From Trichoplax adhaerens (lineage: Eukaryota; Animalia; Placozoa), in NCBI RefSeq assembly GCF_000150275.1, contig NW_002060950.1, positions 1,972,106 to 2,036,105 on the forward strand: DNA of 64,000 nucleotides. The letters are read 5' to 3'. Every line of letters begins with the position of its first letter. The stretch's first letter is position 1. A model generated the notes under the pieces. It searched no databases. It had not been told where the DNA came from and worked only from the letters and a program-made list of their open reading frames with translations. The position numbers were made by a program, and so were the translations under genes. Of this stretch, positions 1 to 14,649 are shown piece after piece.

Positions 1-559
1 TTGTTTTACGTTATCCTTGTCACGAAGCTGGTTTGTGATAATTTGAAAAATTGATTTTTATATTACTAGATAATAGTATTACTTCTACGCTCAGGTAATT
101 TTAATGACAATTATATAATAGACTAAGTAAGATTTAAGGTATAACCATTCGTAGCGAGTTGTTTGCATATTTAAAGTTCATTTTACTAATATGAAATTTA
201 TTGTTATAATGTGATGCTGCATAACATACTAACGTTACTAATGGAGATGTAAATGAACTTCCACAGAGCTATCATAAAGAACTTGCTAGCTTGGTCAATG
301 TTTAAATATTTGGTTATAATAAACAGAAGTGCTTAGTTATTGCATGTTAAGCATGGTTTACTTGCCATTAAAAAATACCTTCCATTTTACTGCTAATTTT
401 ATTCATCAATCTGCAAATCAGATGATATTTCTGTTGCAAGAATATATTGCCATGTTATAAAATACCGTTTTATGATGTTTGTCGTTTACTATTTATTTTT
501 TTAACTATTTTTGATACATATTTCAAATCCGCTCTCATCAAGCTAAAGATTTTTACATT

Positions 560-1671
560 TTATACCACTCGATCTGTAAATGGATTAGTGTTCAACTAAA
601 TTATAATCCTTATATCATAAAGTATAGGTATTCATATATAATATTCTACTTCAATATTCTTTACTTCCTGTGATATATACCAATCACGAAATTCCAAATT
701 TTAGAAAAATAAGGGCTTTATTGAATCTTATACAAAGATTAACTACACAGCTCTACTCTAGCCGAATACTACTTCTAAAGACTTCTACAACGAACTAACA
801 GAATAATCTAAAGTTGCATGCTTTTATACTTTTCGTAGCATTCGCAGCTACAATCCGCATGGCAACCTTTTACCTTATTTTACACATAGTTAAATTATTC
901 TTAGTAAGACTATTCTACTGCGGACCATCATTAATCCAATATAGATACGACTACAGTACTTACGTAGACATTATTCACACCAGCCAAAGTACAATGAATT
1001 AACCATATCCTAATATATGATTTACAGTTCTATTTTTACCTATAGCCATATTAGTAACTCAACAGCTTACTGTATATAGTCATCTGTACTCTAGCATAGC
1101 GTCTCTACCACTACAGTCTATAGTTACAGCTACCAAATATCTCTTAGGATAAATATCTACCGTACATTATACTACACATGGCTAACGGTCTACAATCACA
1201 ATACTAAGTTACATTACACTTCCCTTCTTTAGTTATGACAATTCCGACTAATTCAATGAATTTATCCTCGTTACGCTTTAATAAAAGTAAAAGCCTATTG
1301 TTTCTTTTCCTGTAGGAGGTTCCATATCGAAATAAATTACTCTTAATGTAATCCAGATGTCCGCGGTAGCGGTTGGTATCAAAGACAAGATTCTTCTACA
1401 GTAAAAAAGTTGCAAATTATATAATCTTCAAATCGTTAGTATTAGTAAATGGTAAATTAATTACTAACCTACAGCAATCGGTGAAAATTTATCTCCATTC
1501 CGCGTAAGATCTAATATGGTTATAAAATATTTTTTCGTGAAGACAGTCGAGATCTGTCAATATCGATGTTTTTCTCAATGCAGGCCATTGTTAAGGCATC
1601 TACAAGATGCATTATTAGATAAATCATTTTCACTTGTCCAATGCAAGAATTAAAACGCAAACCTTGATCAT
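560..1671 (-). pseudogene. Decayed paralogue of the cytokine-like gene (relic A)
   Basis: Minus-strand translation gives three collinear matches. Exon-2-like TSILTDLDCLHEKI...IRSYAEWR*IFTDCCR (~1466-1570) vs intact GSVLDVLDIVNGQL...GKYLAEYRNSF...VTCCQ. Exon-3-like, after the acceptor at 1396-1397: KNLVF...KRNNRLLLLLKRNEDKFIEL vs KNLLEF...QNNTKLLLKIQYLLDKTKIL. Exon-4-like NPFTDR/WY at 562-586. In-frame stops present. Confidence 0.55.
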
Positions 1672-1893
1672 TCAACCTAATCATACGGAGTAAATATTAT
1701 CAGACTGGTCTATCCTTACTACGACAATCTATTGATATTGTTAAAATTACGAGGATTACAGTGTTACAAATAAGATTAATCTGTATCGTGATAGCGAAAT
1801 AAAATAATGTCTACTTTTTATCAGATATTTATTCGTGTCTTTCGAAGAGATTCATTACTGTATAGCAAAGCACACAGAGTTTGCATCGCAGTT

Positions 1894-1943
1894 NNNNNNN
1901 NNNNNNNNNNNNNNNNNNNNNNNNNNNNNNNNNNNNNNNNNNN
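1894..1943. other. Assembly gap (run of N)
   Basis: 50 consecutive N bases. Confidence 0.99.
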
Positions 1944-2699
1944 CAATGATTAATTCTATATATATGGGTCTTATCAATTAATTTTTTTGACAATTGAATA
2001 CGGTACTAACGCAGTTACAATTGTAAACGTTCGATATCAACTAAGAGTTATATTATAGATTTCATAAAGAAAATAATATTCTAATAGGATAGTTTACTGA
2101 TCTTAATACCCAATTTGTTCGTAATAAATAAGTTATTAATATGGTTCTATACCGTGTGATAAAAATAAAAAGCGGTAATAAATTAAATATTTTAGGAAGA
2201 TCAAGTTGTTTCCCTTAATTCCCCGTAACACATTGATTGATATTGAATAAAAACTTACTGAGCAAGAATGATATATCAGAATTATTTGCCTTAAAATATT
2301 CACTTTAATTTCGTGTTGAAAATTTACGACGGTAGTCAAAATTATTTTTCAGTTTCATCCTGACGAAAAGCAGGCGAAAATAATACATTCTGAGCTATTT
2401 TGAATAACTATAAGTATAATAGCTTCATTTCATATCAATAGCGAAATGAATAGGTTACAGGTATTGACATTAGACGTGGTATCTTGGATTTTAATCTCGA
2501 CTTTATAATCTCAAATTGTATCCATATTCTTACTAATAATTGATATCCTTATTGACGCACAATCTAATTTGTGGTTAAATCAGTTTGTTCGCTATCTGGT
2601 TTAAGAGTAAGAATAAGGCTAACAAAGTCCTATTATAAGACAGTCTTTTACGTCTAATGTACGATCCCTTAACTTCTATTTTAATCAAGTAATAAACTA

Positions 2700-3565
2700 G
2701 TATCTGTTAAACCCTTCTAAAATTATTCAAGTGACAGTATATTTGTTTGAGATCAATTATTGATATGGACGTCTATCGAAGATAAGCTACCAATAAGGAG
2801 TATTTCAATTCTTAAATTGAATTCATGATTCTTTTATCCACTGAGCCTTCAATGCCATTGTGATAAATTCATTTTTATTCTATAGTATATGTAGCATATA
2901 TAGACTTACCATGCAGCGTTACTATTTATAAAATCGCCAATATATATAATAATGTACTGTATATTAAGAGTTACAAGATGCATTTCCATTTTTCAAGTAC
3001 TTTTTAAATAGAGTACAACAATCAGGCAGATAAACAGCGGTTCAAAGTTTTAATGTATAATAATGATGATGTTACGGTATATTATTCCAACTTGAATTCA
3101 AAATTGAATGCAAGTTTATGGAAAATGTTTTAAGTACCTAATCAATATTGCATGTTAGAAATTACCATCAATAGAATAGCTAAAGACTAGGAAAAGTAGT
3201 TACAACAACTCATAATTACGAATTATGTCGATATAATCAAAAAGAAAGACTTGCTCTATACTTGTCAGTTATTATATCAGTAATATTAAGTATTAAAAAT
3301 GCAGAACGAAGGTCTAACAGGAATTAGTCAATGTCGTAAGAAAGGAAAGTAGAGCTAAAGTTTACGCGAGTTATTATCGTTATCAGCTATAATAGGTACT
3401 AAGTAGTCAATATGAGGAGAAATTCTTTGCTTCAATTCGAAGCTGTATTAGAAGAGTTTGGAACAAGTAGAATGGCGTCTTTAGGGATCTATCACGTTGA
3501 ATGTTCTGCTTGATTTCGTTTTAAGGCTTAAAGCTATCTATAATTGCCTGGAATACAATGCTAAA
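2700..3565 (-). pseudogene. Decayed paralogue of the cytokine-like gene (relic B)
   Basis: Minus strand: IVFQAII...RDRSL...QLR...DYL...DNDN (~3370-3560) is collinear with intact IIWNAIL...KDGSV...QLR...KYL...DNDN. LLYSI*KVLEKWK (~2983-3021) matches LLLKIQYLLDKTK. Stops and frameshifts present. Confidence 0.5.
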
Positions 3566-5009
3566 GTATAATACATAATCCGTAAAACACTATAAGTATG
3601 GCGGCATTTTGTTATTGTAAGTTGCGTTGCCTTGCTTAATCAATAACCCAAACTACAGCATTAGGGTAATAGGAATGTTATGGAAACAATGTTTGATAAC
3701 ATTTCAATGATTTTAATATCATCTTTTATGCAACGAGGAACACAATTAACGTCATAAGTACAACAACAATCAGCTGCATATTTTATTTTTAACTAAATGA
3801 AAGCTGCGTGTAATTGCCAATATGGATTACAGGTATGCATATTCATCTGCAACCGATTTCATCATTAATTAATCACAGTTATTATGCAATAGCCGTTGCT
3901 ATTTTGATAATATCACCTATTTAAACAATTCTAAGAAATTGTGGTTAATACTAATTTATTGGTTAACAAGCAATTCTATACCGTAATGTAAGATAATAAT
4001 TGTAAAACCAGGAATCCTTACGCATCAGACAGTAATTAAAATATCCTTAAGCAATTAAATATTATATGCGATTAGAAACAACTCGATTTTCATAGGATAC
4101 CAATGCCTTTGTTAAACCGTTGCTGGCTTTGATATAATACCAAATTTTATGAAACAGCTCATAGTTTAATTTAAAGCTACTCATTGATGCTAAAGTTCGG
4201 AAAGTAGTTTGAGCGTGTTCACTGGCAATAGGAATTTTAGTAGTGCAGTTGGCCAGTAACTGAAATCGGAAATTATTTTAGTATAAGATCTATATCAAAT
4301 CTATACAGCATCAAATGGACGTTCTTTAAGTAACAAATAATATTTGCTAGACGGAAGTTTGATTATAAATTCTTCCGATCCGAATTTTTAACCTAATACT
4401 CCGACATACAATCGAATGATGTTTCCATCTTAAACTTATAAAAATAAAGTATTGTACTATTTTTATTTAGCTGAAGATTATTTAATTTTTAAATTCGTTC
4501 CTTTTCCTGACTATTTAGGCTAATCAAGTTGTCTACGATGGAATACTTAAGGTGTAAAATTCATTCAAAAGATTTGATGATGGTTGTTGGGCTTACTAAT
4601 AAGAATTATCGCCGATGACATTATACTTACGCTTAATCCGGTACCTTTTGAGAAAAGGTAAGAAGATTGGGGAACAAATTGATTTACTTCCAAATGATAC
4701 TATAAGACATTGGAAAAATAGATCGTTATTCAAAGTATTGCAGTATAAGGATGGTCGCTTTTCTGGTAATTATTCGATACAATTCTTGTCGGATCTTACG
4801 TAGTTTTAATAGTTAATCTATGATATGGTCATTTTTCCATTAAATATTACGCAAGTTACAATTAAGTAAAATATAAGGAAATTAAAGTGGCAAATTGACA
4901 ATAGCTCTGTCACGGAATCGTGATTAAATTATAATTTAAGTCAAATTTGAAATAAAACTCTGATTACAAGTTCGAGAGCAGACAAAAGTTGTTGATACAG
5001 AGAGAAACT

Positions 5010-6050
5010 GATCATAGTAACAATCTTGTTTTAGTCAATTTTGTAATAAAAATCATCCTTACATGCTCGACCAGGAAATTAATTAGTTGACCAGTATTTT
5101 CGATTACTTTTTGCAATTGACATACATTATTTTCGTATGAGTTAACCACGGATAAGACTGATCGTAACTTTCCAAGCTGTTCGAAAACGATTGTTAGCAA
5201 AGGATAGCCCTAGATTTTTTTACACGTTTTGCATAAAGGAAGCCTTTTTTAATTGAAGAAAGCTTTTATATAATAACTAACTGTATAAATTGTATTATTC
5301 TATTAAAAAAGCGAAAGCATCTGTGTAAATTGCAAATACCGATTAGATGAATGATAAGGGAAAAGAGAAGAATTATTAGGCAGATTTGATAAACGAGCAC
5401 TAATGGGATTTAAGTATTGTGAATTACATTCGTTGTTGCCTAACCTTTTCTAGCTTTTCAGGAATATTAAGAAGCAACGAATTACAACTGAAATCCATCA
5501 CGTTATTGACTTTGTAAATTCTTCGATGGCATTGAACGGCAAGTTCGATTTCTTTACCAAGCTCACTAGTCAATTTGGTAACATAAACGGCAAATGATGC
5601 CGATTCACGAGCTTGCGATCTCGATGTAATAGTAAATCCATGCGCAAGGCAACATAAAGTGCACAAGGTAAAAATTGCTTCTGTAACGAGAATAGAATTC
5701 ATGAATAAATAATATGAAAAGGTGTTGACTTGAGTTTTACGTACCTAAGCATAATATTATCAATGCTTAGACAAGATTGCGATTTTTATTCTAAATAATA
5801 CGTTTATACAATGTGCCCTATCAATTCCTATATTGATCTAATTTAGCAGCTCATAGAAATGGTTACTAGCTCTTAAAGATCATGAAAGATAGAATGCAAT
5901 ATGATATAAGGTGGCGTCCTAGCACAATGGCCCGACTTGTATATCCAGTACTTGTTATCAAATGATTACAAGCTACTGTAACTTCTTTTTCAATAAAATC
6001 AGTCTTTATTAGCTTCTGTACTATATTTACGAGTTCAAAAGCATATTGAG
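5010..6050 (+). pseudogene. Possible distant decayed paralogue of the cytokine-like gene (relic C)
   Basis: Hydrophobic NLVLVNFVIKIILTC, then DRNFPSCSKTIVS. After the acceptor at ~5461: QRITTEIHHVIDF...NGKFDFFTKLTSQ vs LRLKKLVKNLLEF..NGKFQQFIMQ. Helix-D-like LVYPVLVIK*LQATV at ~5935-5980. Weak, by-eye alignment. Confidence 0.3.
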
Positions 6051-7329
6051 AGAAAGGTAGAACAGTTACTCTATTCAAATATCTTAATTAAGCTTGTAGC
6101 TTTTACTAATGAAAGATGCGGTGTTATGCAAATGAACAAAACATCTTAAGATATGGTAGATAAATTGCTAAATTAGTTAGCTTAAGCTGTAGAAGGCCTC
6201 GATTAGACAAGATATCATAGAGGATAGTATATTGTCTGTTTTCAGAACGAATTACCTTTAAGTATTCAATACAACTTTACTTATCTATTGTAAGTAACAG
6301 TGTGATAGAGAATATCTTCAAGAATTACGTCTTAGCAAAATCTTGTTGAACGTATTATATATAAGCGTACTGTAAATCTTTCTACTGTTCTATATTACTT
6401 GCATCTGCCGTTCGATTATACTGTAACTATGGATAAATTATCAAATGCCTTATAGAACTAGCGTAAAGTTGTAATATTTAGGAGACTAGAATTTGTAGAC
6501 TATACCTAAGTTTTAAGAATATTATGCCAATAACTGATTCTATCTCGCGCAGGTACGCTAGGCAGAATCGCTGGATGAATTTTGCTATCAGTCTTATATC
6601 AACGTAAGAATTTTTCCTGTCATAATGTATCGCATTTGGAAAGCAATGTAAAAATAAGATAGAAATTGAATATACTAGCCAAAAGATAACCTACTTTTAA
6701 ATGTATCCTTCATATCGTTGAAGTAAGTGGAGAAGATTTAAATCAATTTGACGGAGCTTGAACAAATGTATTTTTGTAGAATGAAATTCTCGATCGGCTT
6801 TAACTTCAAAGCATAAAATGTACTTTATAGAATTGTAAAAAGTTTTTCCTAAAGATAGCTGATTGATCTAATATTCTATTTGATATAGAAAAGGAACTGA
6901 AATGATGAAATGCGGAACGCAATCATCCTTTTATGCGCTAGCGAAATGAGAAGATGTGCGTAGGATTGCATAAAGGAACCTGAAGAATTGCTACAGTATC
7001 GTACTCATCCGCATAGCAGTTGAGAGAAACAAAAAGAATATTCGATAAGTGTAAAGCAGCATTATTGTAACAACCAATAATAGAATAGATAATTAAATTA
7101 CTGTAGATAGGTTTTAGATCTGCATCAAGTAAAAAAGAAAAGGATATCATATTAAATCTTATAGAAAATAAGTTATCTTTCTATTCAAATAACAACTTAT
7201 AGGACTGCTTAAAACATGCTTTGTTATCGCAAAATAAACATAATCACTATGACACAGTGAGTATATTGATTTTCTTCAATAGCACTCTCATTTTTTCCAC
7301 TCTCTCTCTCTGTAAAACATTGTCATCGA

Positions 7330-8255
7330 TATAATAGATTAGTTATGTCCTCATTGGATAATATCTTACATTGATGATTATCTTTATTGAATCAGTCCAA
7401 TATTGCTTAATTAACTGGTTATCCAGACTAATCTGATCAAATAATAGGACTCCATCCAAATTATCAGGATCAACTTTCGTCTTAAAATTACGTATGTTAC
7501 GCCAGAATTATTTACAATTTGACTGTAATGGTGCAATATTTTTTCCTAGGTAATTGATTCAATAAATAAATGTCAAGGGAATTGTTCCATTCCGTATATA
7601 TCTATTGAATTATGCCATCTATGATCGTATCTTAAAATGAAAGCGGCTGTTTCTTTTTGTTTTGAGTCGCATTTACAAAATAGTTTAATTTAGTTATGAC
7701 GTCAAATTAAATCATATGCATTAGTTTCACAGTGCGCGGCTCATGAACTTTTCCTTGATTAGTTAATTTGATAACGCATTATCTGGATTTTACATTAACA
7801 ATGCTATTCAGTCCATATCAGCGATTGTTTAAATTACGGGAAGAATTAGATAGGGAAACAATTTAAATGTCAATACTACGTGAGAATTGTTCATAATAAT
7901 TAGCGGCTTGTAATATACCCAAGTATATTACATGCAGCCATAATATAATTCTATTAGAGCGGAAAGAAAACTCTTCTTATGGTATACATCTTACTCATTG
8001 AAGCTGATGATTCAGTTCTGCTAAGTAGATTCAAATCGTTGATTTTTTTCTAAATCATTTAATTTTTCTTTATCTATTTGATTACGACAGTAACTTCTCA
8101 GGTCAACATTGGTAAAAGCGCTTTTGCTATTAAAATCTTACTACTACCGATAAGTTAGCAATAAACTAATAGTAGCTGTTTCTACTGCTAATTTGGGAAC
8201 ATTCCAGCTGAAAAATTTTAAAGCGGTTAAAACGAATCAATGCTGTCCATAATAA
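7330..8255 (-). pseudogene. Decayed paralogue of the cytokine-like gene (relic D)
   Basis: Minus-strand DNA tacttagcagaactgaatcatcagcttc (8000-8027) vs intact tacttagctgaatatcgcaacagcttc, followed by a GTAAG donor (7990-7994). Signal-like LLWTALI vs IIWNAIL. Exon-3-like LTNQGKVHE...KLMHMI*FDVITKLNY (~7680-7767) vs IMQGKVQNNTKLLLKIQYLLDKTKILY. Confidence 0.55.
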
Positions 8256-8999
8256 TTTAAATGTTATGCTATTCTAAAGGTATAATAAGTTTTCTATTTA
8301 TGCAAACCAATTAACTTGTTTATGAATTTAGAATTACCCATCGGAAGTAATAAAGGAAAGTAGAATGTTATCTTTCAATTTTAAACAGTTTAGTATATGA
8401 ATTAGTAGCCATCGTCATCAGGAACTGAATTTATCCCACTTTATAACCGTAATTCGTGCAAGTTTAGTCCAGTTCTAGTGTACGCGTATGTTTCTCTAAT
8501 TAGATCTTATTATCATTGCTACATCGGTATTGATTATTAGTGAGGCATGCTAAATTGTCAATTATGACTATAGTGCTCCGTATCGGCTTTATTAATATAT
8601 TATTATTAAATGAAAATTGAAATTTGTTTACAAATGGTAAAAATAGTTGGTGAATAAGGTTTACTTGTAACAATCGTTTGAACTTTGATTTCTAATCTGT
8701 ACTCATGTTTTATTAACAAAATTCAAAATATTTATACATTACCTACCTAATGTTTTAGCGAATATAATCGAATTGATTTAAATTAAAAAGTTAGTCACTA
8801 TCAAAGCGTTAATTTTGCTCTTAAAATGTATTGCTAAATGCTAATGTAGCCGTTTTAGATAATGTAACTTTCTCGTGTAAGTCAATATTCAGATCTAAGG
8901 GGTATAGATACCTTTTAGCTAATAATATATCTTGCGTCAGCTTTAATTATCTGCCCACTAGCACTTAGGTAGTGCCTTACATACTACCTATCAATATGA

Positions 9000-11900
9000 A
9001 ACATTTTGTAACTACGAATAAGAATTTTTTTAAAGAAGCATTTAAAATAATCCAGTTTTCGTGCTATTTAGTAGGAAACAGAAAATTATAGAATTTCATC
9101 AAATATGTTCGGTTAATATCTTCAGCTACAAAGAAAATAGCCTATAATTCTATATGTAGCAGGCGAAGAAAACATTCAATCTGAATTCATTTTCATACTC
9201 ATTCAAACAATGATAAAATACGACACATCGTACTGCTTATTTCAATATGATCTTTCAGCTTTGGCAGCTCTATTTTAGAGAGATTCTCAGTTTCAGCCGC
9301 GGTTGAAACGGTTAAATCTCTCCTACTGATTTCGCTAAATAAAATAGTAATTATATAATTTCATTTATACTCGATCAAGAATTTTCGATTACGCAATAAC
9401 CGAAATAGTTTACTATAAGACAATCCCTCAGATATTTCCTACAAGCAGCACATAATATTCGACAACAATGCTTATCGCAAGTAAAGCGAATTGTTATGCC
9501 AGAAATGGTAGCAACGTCATTAAGTTCATTTATTTGCCTACAATAGCATTCTTTGAAACTGTTTTTTGTAAATTATCTATTTATTTGAGTCATATATGTT
9601 AAGAAGTAAATGAGCGAACGTTATTTTCACAGCCGTAAATTAATTATCATCCCATTACACAATTTGATCATATTACTAATATCAAAGATATATAAGTACG
9701 CAACGCTATTTTAAATCCAACATCAACAATTATTTAAAAAAATCTATCGCACTTAACTTTATACATTACATTAACTGGATTAGCATCACGCATTTTAGCA
9801 TTCGCCGATTGTAATTTAAATAAGTACTGTATATCTTCAGTAAATTTAATTTTCAATACTTAAATTATTTAAAGTGAAGTTTATTTTAGCTACACTAGAT
9901 AAACTGGTGGGCACGTGACTACTCGTATATATCTCTATTCTATACAAAGCTTCGAATACAATCCAGGGCGACAATATAAGTTTACTATAATGCATTGATT
10001 AGTAAAAAAATTTATTATCATCTTTATTCTCAACAGCAATAGTAACCGTAATGTTGGCGACACACCCCGTATTTAAAATTTTCACCCATTTATGCAAAAT
10101 ATCATTCTATCTATTCTGCTTTCATTCATTATTCAGCGATATTCTGTGCCATCCTCTTACCAGTGAAATTTATGCTGTGTATTAGACCGAAGTAATTTCC
10201 AACTTGTATTTCAGAAAAGGTAGATATTTCAAATATCTAAATATAAAGATATTTTAGGAAGACATGGCGTAAAATTTATTAATAACAGAATGTAAAAGGT
10301 ATGCAAAAGTATCAGATTACTGTTACATGTTACATTATTTTCAAGCAGGCTATAGGATAAATATGGTAATTTACGAGGCAGTCTGGCAATATATTTACAC
10401 TAAAGGTAATACTGATTAAAAGTGTGGATAGCATGATTTTATAAACTCTTTAGTTTAAAATACGATACTGGAATGATTCATCTGTTTAAATTTGGCAATT
10501 TGAAAGTTTTATTTTATGTACAGTTGCTAAGAAATTCAAGCTGGTTGGAAAGCTGTATAAAATCAGGAAACAAAGATCTAGTAATTTATTCTTGACTTAG
10601 TGCTAATGGCTCGTTGTACATCAGCATGTACATATAAACTTGCTATGTTCAGGATCGGTTCTGAATACTAAGTATACAATCTAACTGTTATTGAAACTTG
10701 TTACCTTAGAAATTGATTTTCTTCTGCACTAAAATATGATAATGGTTAAAATTGCTTTTTTGTTAAATATAACGTAAATTTTTCATTCAAATTAAATTTT
10801 CTTCTCTACTAAACAATGATGGTTGAAATCTGTCTTTTTATTTAATATTTCGTAAATTTTCATTATCATACGGTTTAATAGCATCATTAGTTCTGCAGTT
10901 CTTTTACTTAAGCTTAAATGCAGTTCCACTCAAGTAAATCGTTACAGGTAGTTAGGGCTAGGGTTAGGTAGTGGAATACTTGTAGGCTAATAAGTAACGA
11001 AATAAATCTACTTACCACCTGATAGCAATAATATTATGATTATGTCAGGGAAATAAAAATATCTATAGCTATATCCTCATCAATAATGTCATCAAATTAG
11101 TTCATTTGCATCATTTGAAATAAATGGACGGTTACCCGTTTTATTCTTTGTGCACTATCAATGATTTAAAAATGCAGAATCGGATAGACCACAATTTGAT
11201 ATTTATACACAAGCGTCTTTAATACTGTTATTATCTAAATATAAACAAGGAATTTTGGCCAAGCTGCAAGATTTTTTTAAGTTAGGTATTACAGTAAAGT
11301 ATATATATCATGAGTATATTAAAATAATGATGAAATTTACGTAGTTGTTATTGGCTATTCCATTCTACTTATATAACGTTCATGGAGAGAATTAGCCATG
11401 AATATTCTACAATTCTACCATTTGATGAGCGATTACGAAACATCATAATTACCTAACCATAAAAGCTCTCAGCCTAATTTTCTCATATTTTTTAATTAGT
11501 TGGTTGCAGGAGACGTCAATGCGTTGTTAAGACATTTCTAAGGGATAAATTATACAGTTTTGTGTTACTTTCAGTATTAAATATGACTACTAACTCAAAA
11601 TTCCAAGATACTGAATTCAATCACTATTTTACAACATTTAATCTCATATAATTATCAGTCAACTATAATTTTAGAATAGTTTACTGAAGCAAAAACCTTA
11701 CCATTATCTACGATTTACCAACATCTAAACTCCTGGTAATAGTAATTCGCATAAAAGCCAAAATTCACTACAGAATATCACTTTTAAGATTTAAGTGATT
11801 AGCAAATTTCTCTATAGCGGGTAACTAGTTTCAATTACTATTTTAGTAATTTTTATATATAACAAAATTTAGTGTAGAATTCACTTAGCAATCTAAATCC

Positions 11901-12960
11901 TTGATATTTTTCCTTTAGTATGCTGATCACGTTTGTATATTTTAAAGATAGATATTGGTTGTTGATTTATTTATCTGTTTATTTAGTAAGTAAAGTTAAG
12001 AAAGTATAATTGGTTTAGATTAGCCCATTATCATAAATCATACCGGAACCTATTCAGCAATACAACAAATAATTCATTAATATTGCCGCTGAAATAAATT
12101 TATCTCCTTCGCTAGTATTATTGTAATCGTCGCAAACTAAATATCGTATTAGCTAACTATATATAGTGTCACTAAATATCATAGCTGAACAAAGATCAAA
12201 ACAGTAGTATTAAGTTATTCTGATGGCTTATATTTGTTAACAGTCTCATTCTTTCTTATTTATCGATTTAATATGATTATACAACACAATAATCCTATTG
12301 ATGCTGTTGTCTAGTAATCAAGTATTAATGTCGTACTGTTCATCCGTTTTCTTTCTTAAAGTCGTTATTCCAGACAATATAATGTCTATGTTATTAACAT
12401 TTTAATAAAAAGATTATTTACGGTAATATTAAATGTTCAGTTGTTATTACGTTGAATAGATCATCGGTGATGCACAGTTGACAATTTTAGATTGCTTAAA
12501 TGCACCATTTGATCACATTATTGATAGGGTGAAGCCATGTAAGAAAATACAAATATAATTATTAGTCTCTAGTCTTAAGACAGCAGATGAAGGCTTTCTT
12601 TTTTAAAACAGCTGCTTATCTATTTAATATTATTACCATGAAATTTCGAAATTTAGTTTTGTTTTATTAAAGGAAATATTCTAAAATTCTCCTACGCTTA
12701 TTTAATTTTATTATAGCTGTACATGATGGTTCGTTTTATATAATCAGCAATAGATAGGTAATGATTCCATACACTTACTTCAGCGCAATCATAATACTGG
12801 ATTAACGAATTAAAGTGGTAAAACGCTGCAAGAATATAAATTTGGCTATTTATGTAATCAAAACTGCATAGTCTATTTTAGATACTGCAATTGGTGAAGT
12901 TGCTGAGCTATAACCAATATAGTTTACAAGAATAAGCGCAATATCTCCAATACGGGTCCT
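9000..12960. pseudogene. Interval with up to four further faint cytokine-like relics
   Basis: ~9000-9340 (-): LNEYENEF vs LAEYRNSF. ~10090-10260 (+): IILSILLSF...VLDRSNFQL...ISKYKDIL vs VLDIVNGQL...LAEYRNSF. ~11065-11450 (+): LSKYKQ, PSCK, NILQF vs NLLEF. ~12760-12950 (+): KVVKRCKNI followed by a GT donor. Each is weak alone. Confidence 0.3.
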
Positions 12961-13769
12961 ATTGATTAGATATATATGTTATGTTATGTATATATATAGA
13001 TAAACATAATCATGTATTTCTGCACTTCTATAAGAGAGATATAATACAGTACCGGTACTATACCAAGAAGATGTTGATTTTTATTTGTCATGCTATAACA
13101 CGCTATTGGTGTGTTCGAAAGTAACATAAAAATGATTATATTAGTCTAAGCAATATCTGAAAGATAGAATTTGAACTTAATTTTATTTGCGATTGACCAT
13201 TATGCTTATTCAGTGAAAAATGAATTATCTCGTCTAAATAGCATAGCATACGACACGATAACTGGGATTGATGATAATTTTCTCATATTTTGCATGCAGT
13301 CAATTATACAGCTTATGAATGAAAAATATACCTGTAATTAACTAGAGTAACTAATTCATTCATAATACTATATATAGTATTTCATTTTGGTATTACACGT
13401 ATAGAAAAGAATATTTACTTCACAACGCAAATATCTCTAAAAAATTAACCAATTTTCAGAGTTCTAAGTAGCTGGTAAAATAAATGACTGGCAAGTATTT
13501 CTATTAATGCATCATATTTATCGTAATTTTTTATTTATTTTGCGACTGGTTTTCATTATATTCATACAGAACAATTGGCCAATCGGATAAATCTATTCTA
13601 TTATACGCAAGACGTAATACATATTAGTGAAATGTTTTCTTTAAGACTAAATTTATTTTTAATGGTGAAATAATGAACAAATACGAATTTTGCTTCAAAC
13701 TGAGTTAATATACGCGTATACATACTTATATTAGAAGTTCAGAGAGAAGAAATGACCTTATAAAGTTGG

Positions 13770-14460
13770 CGAATTAATATAATATTCTTTAATCAGTAGT
13801 TAGCCAATCTATCCTGCTATCATTGCACCTAATAGCTACTGCTGTCGCTTTGCTTGGTCATTAATCAGTAGATACCACCTAACTTCATCAGTAAAAGGAT
13901 TTATTTCTAACGATAGATATTTCTTTAGCTAGTTACGACTGATTATCTGTGGATTAATGGCAAAATTAGATATTATAGTCGGCAGAATTAATGTCTAACA
14001 CTTAATCTAAGCGGTAAAATTACACCCTTTATCAATGAATTCTATACTCTCATACCCATTTAAAGCATCAAAAGGTATCTTAGATTTGGCTACGATAGGG
14101 TTACACAACGTTATGTAATGTGTAGAGAGTGTCTCCAGGAAGTATCCTTCCTGTAGATATCAACGATTCCTTTCATGTGTATAAAAGAGAATATATGTTA
14201 GGAGAAACAATCAATTGGTTTAGCACAATTTTCTCTGAAGGGATCATAATATATTTAAAATTTCCGGCTTTAGTGTTTAAGTAAATACGGATGTGGCAAC
14301 TAGGTTCATTCTTAAAAGAAACCTTGCGGTTTTCTTCAATTTACATTGGCTTATGATAGTAGTTAATTCTTCAGTTATATGATTGCGAGGTATTTATTTT
14401 TGGTCTTTTGTCTCTACAAGTACGCTGAAGTAGATTAATGCAGGCTTATGATAGCAATTT
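13770..14460 (-). pseudogene. Decayed paralogue of the cytokine-like gene (relic G)
   Basis: After a minus-strand acceptor (tttgccattaatccacag): NPFTDEVRWYLLI...LLIKE (13872-13901 for the first motif) vs NFMDEWYYNL...LLLRE. The same NPFTD..WY motif occurs in relic A. A 47-codon open exon-like segment follows the acceptor near 14152. Confidence 0.45.
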
Positions 14461-14649
14461 ATGAGTAAAGAATATTTATTTGATTAATAAAACTAATATA
14501 ACCTCATCTTAATTTAAAATAAACTATCTATCTCCGAGGTATTATAAAAACAATTGGCTCAAGGAAAAAAAGTAAAGCATCAATTTAGAAGTGACCATCA
14601 AAAGCAGTTTAAACAAAATAATACCTTTGTATTATTAATGTATCACTAT

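Noticed and set aside
4540-4803. Coding-looking stretch including the 62-aa ORF at 4615
   Set aside because: I could not link it to any family or build a consistent splice model.
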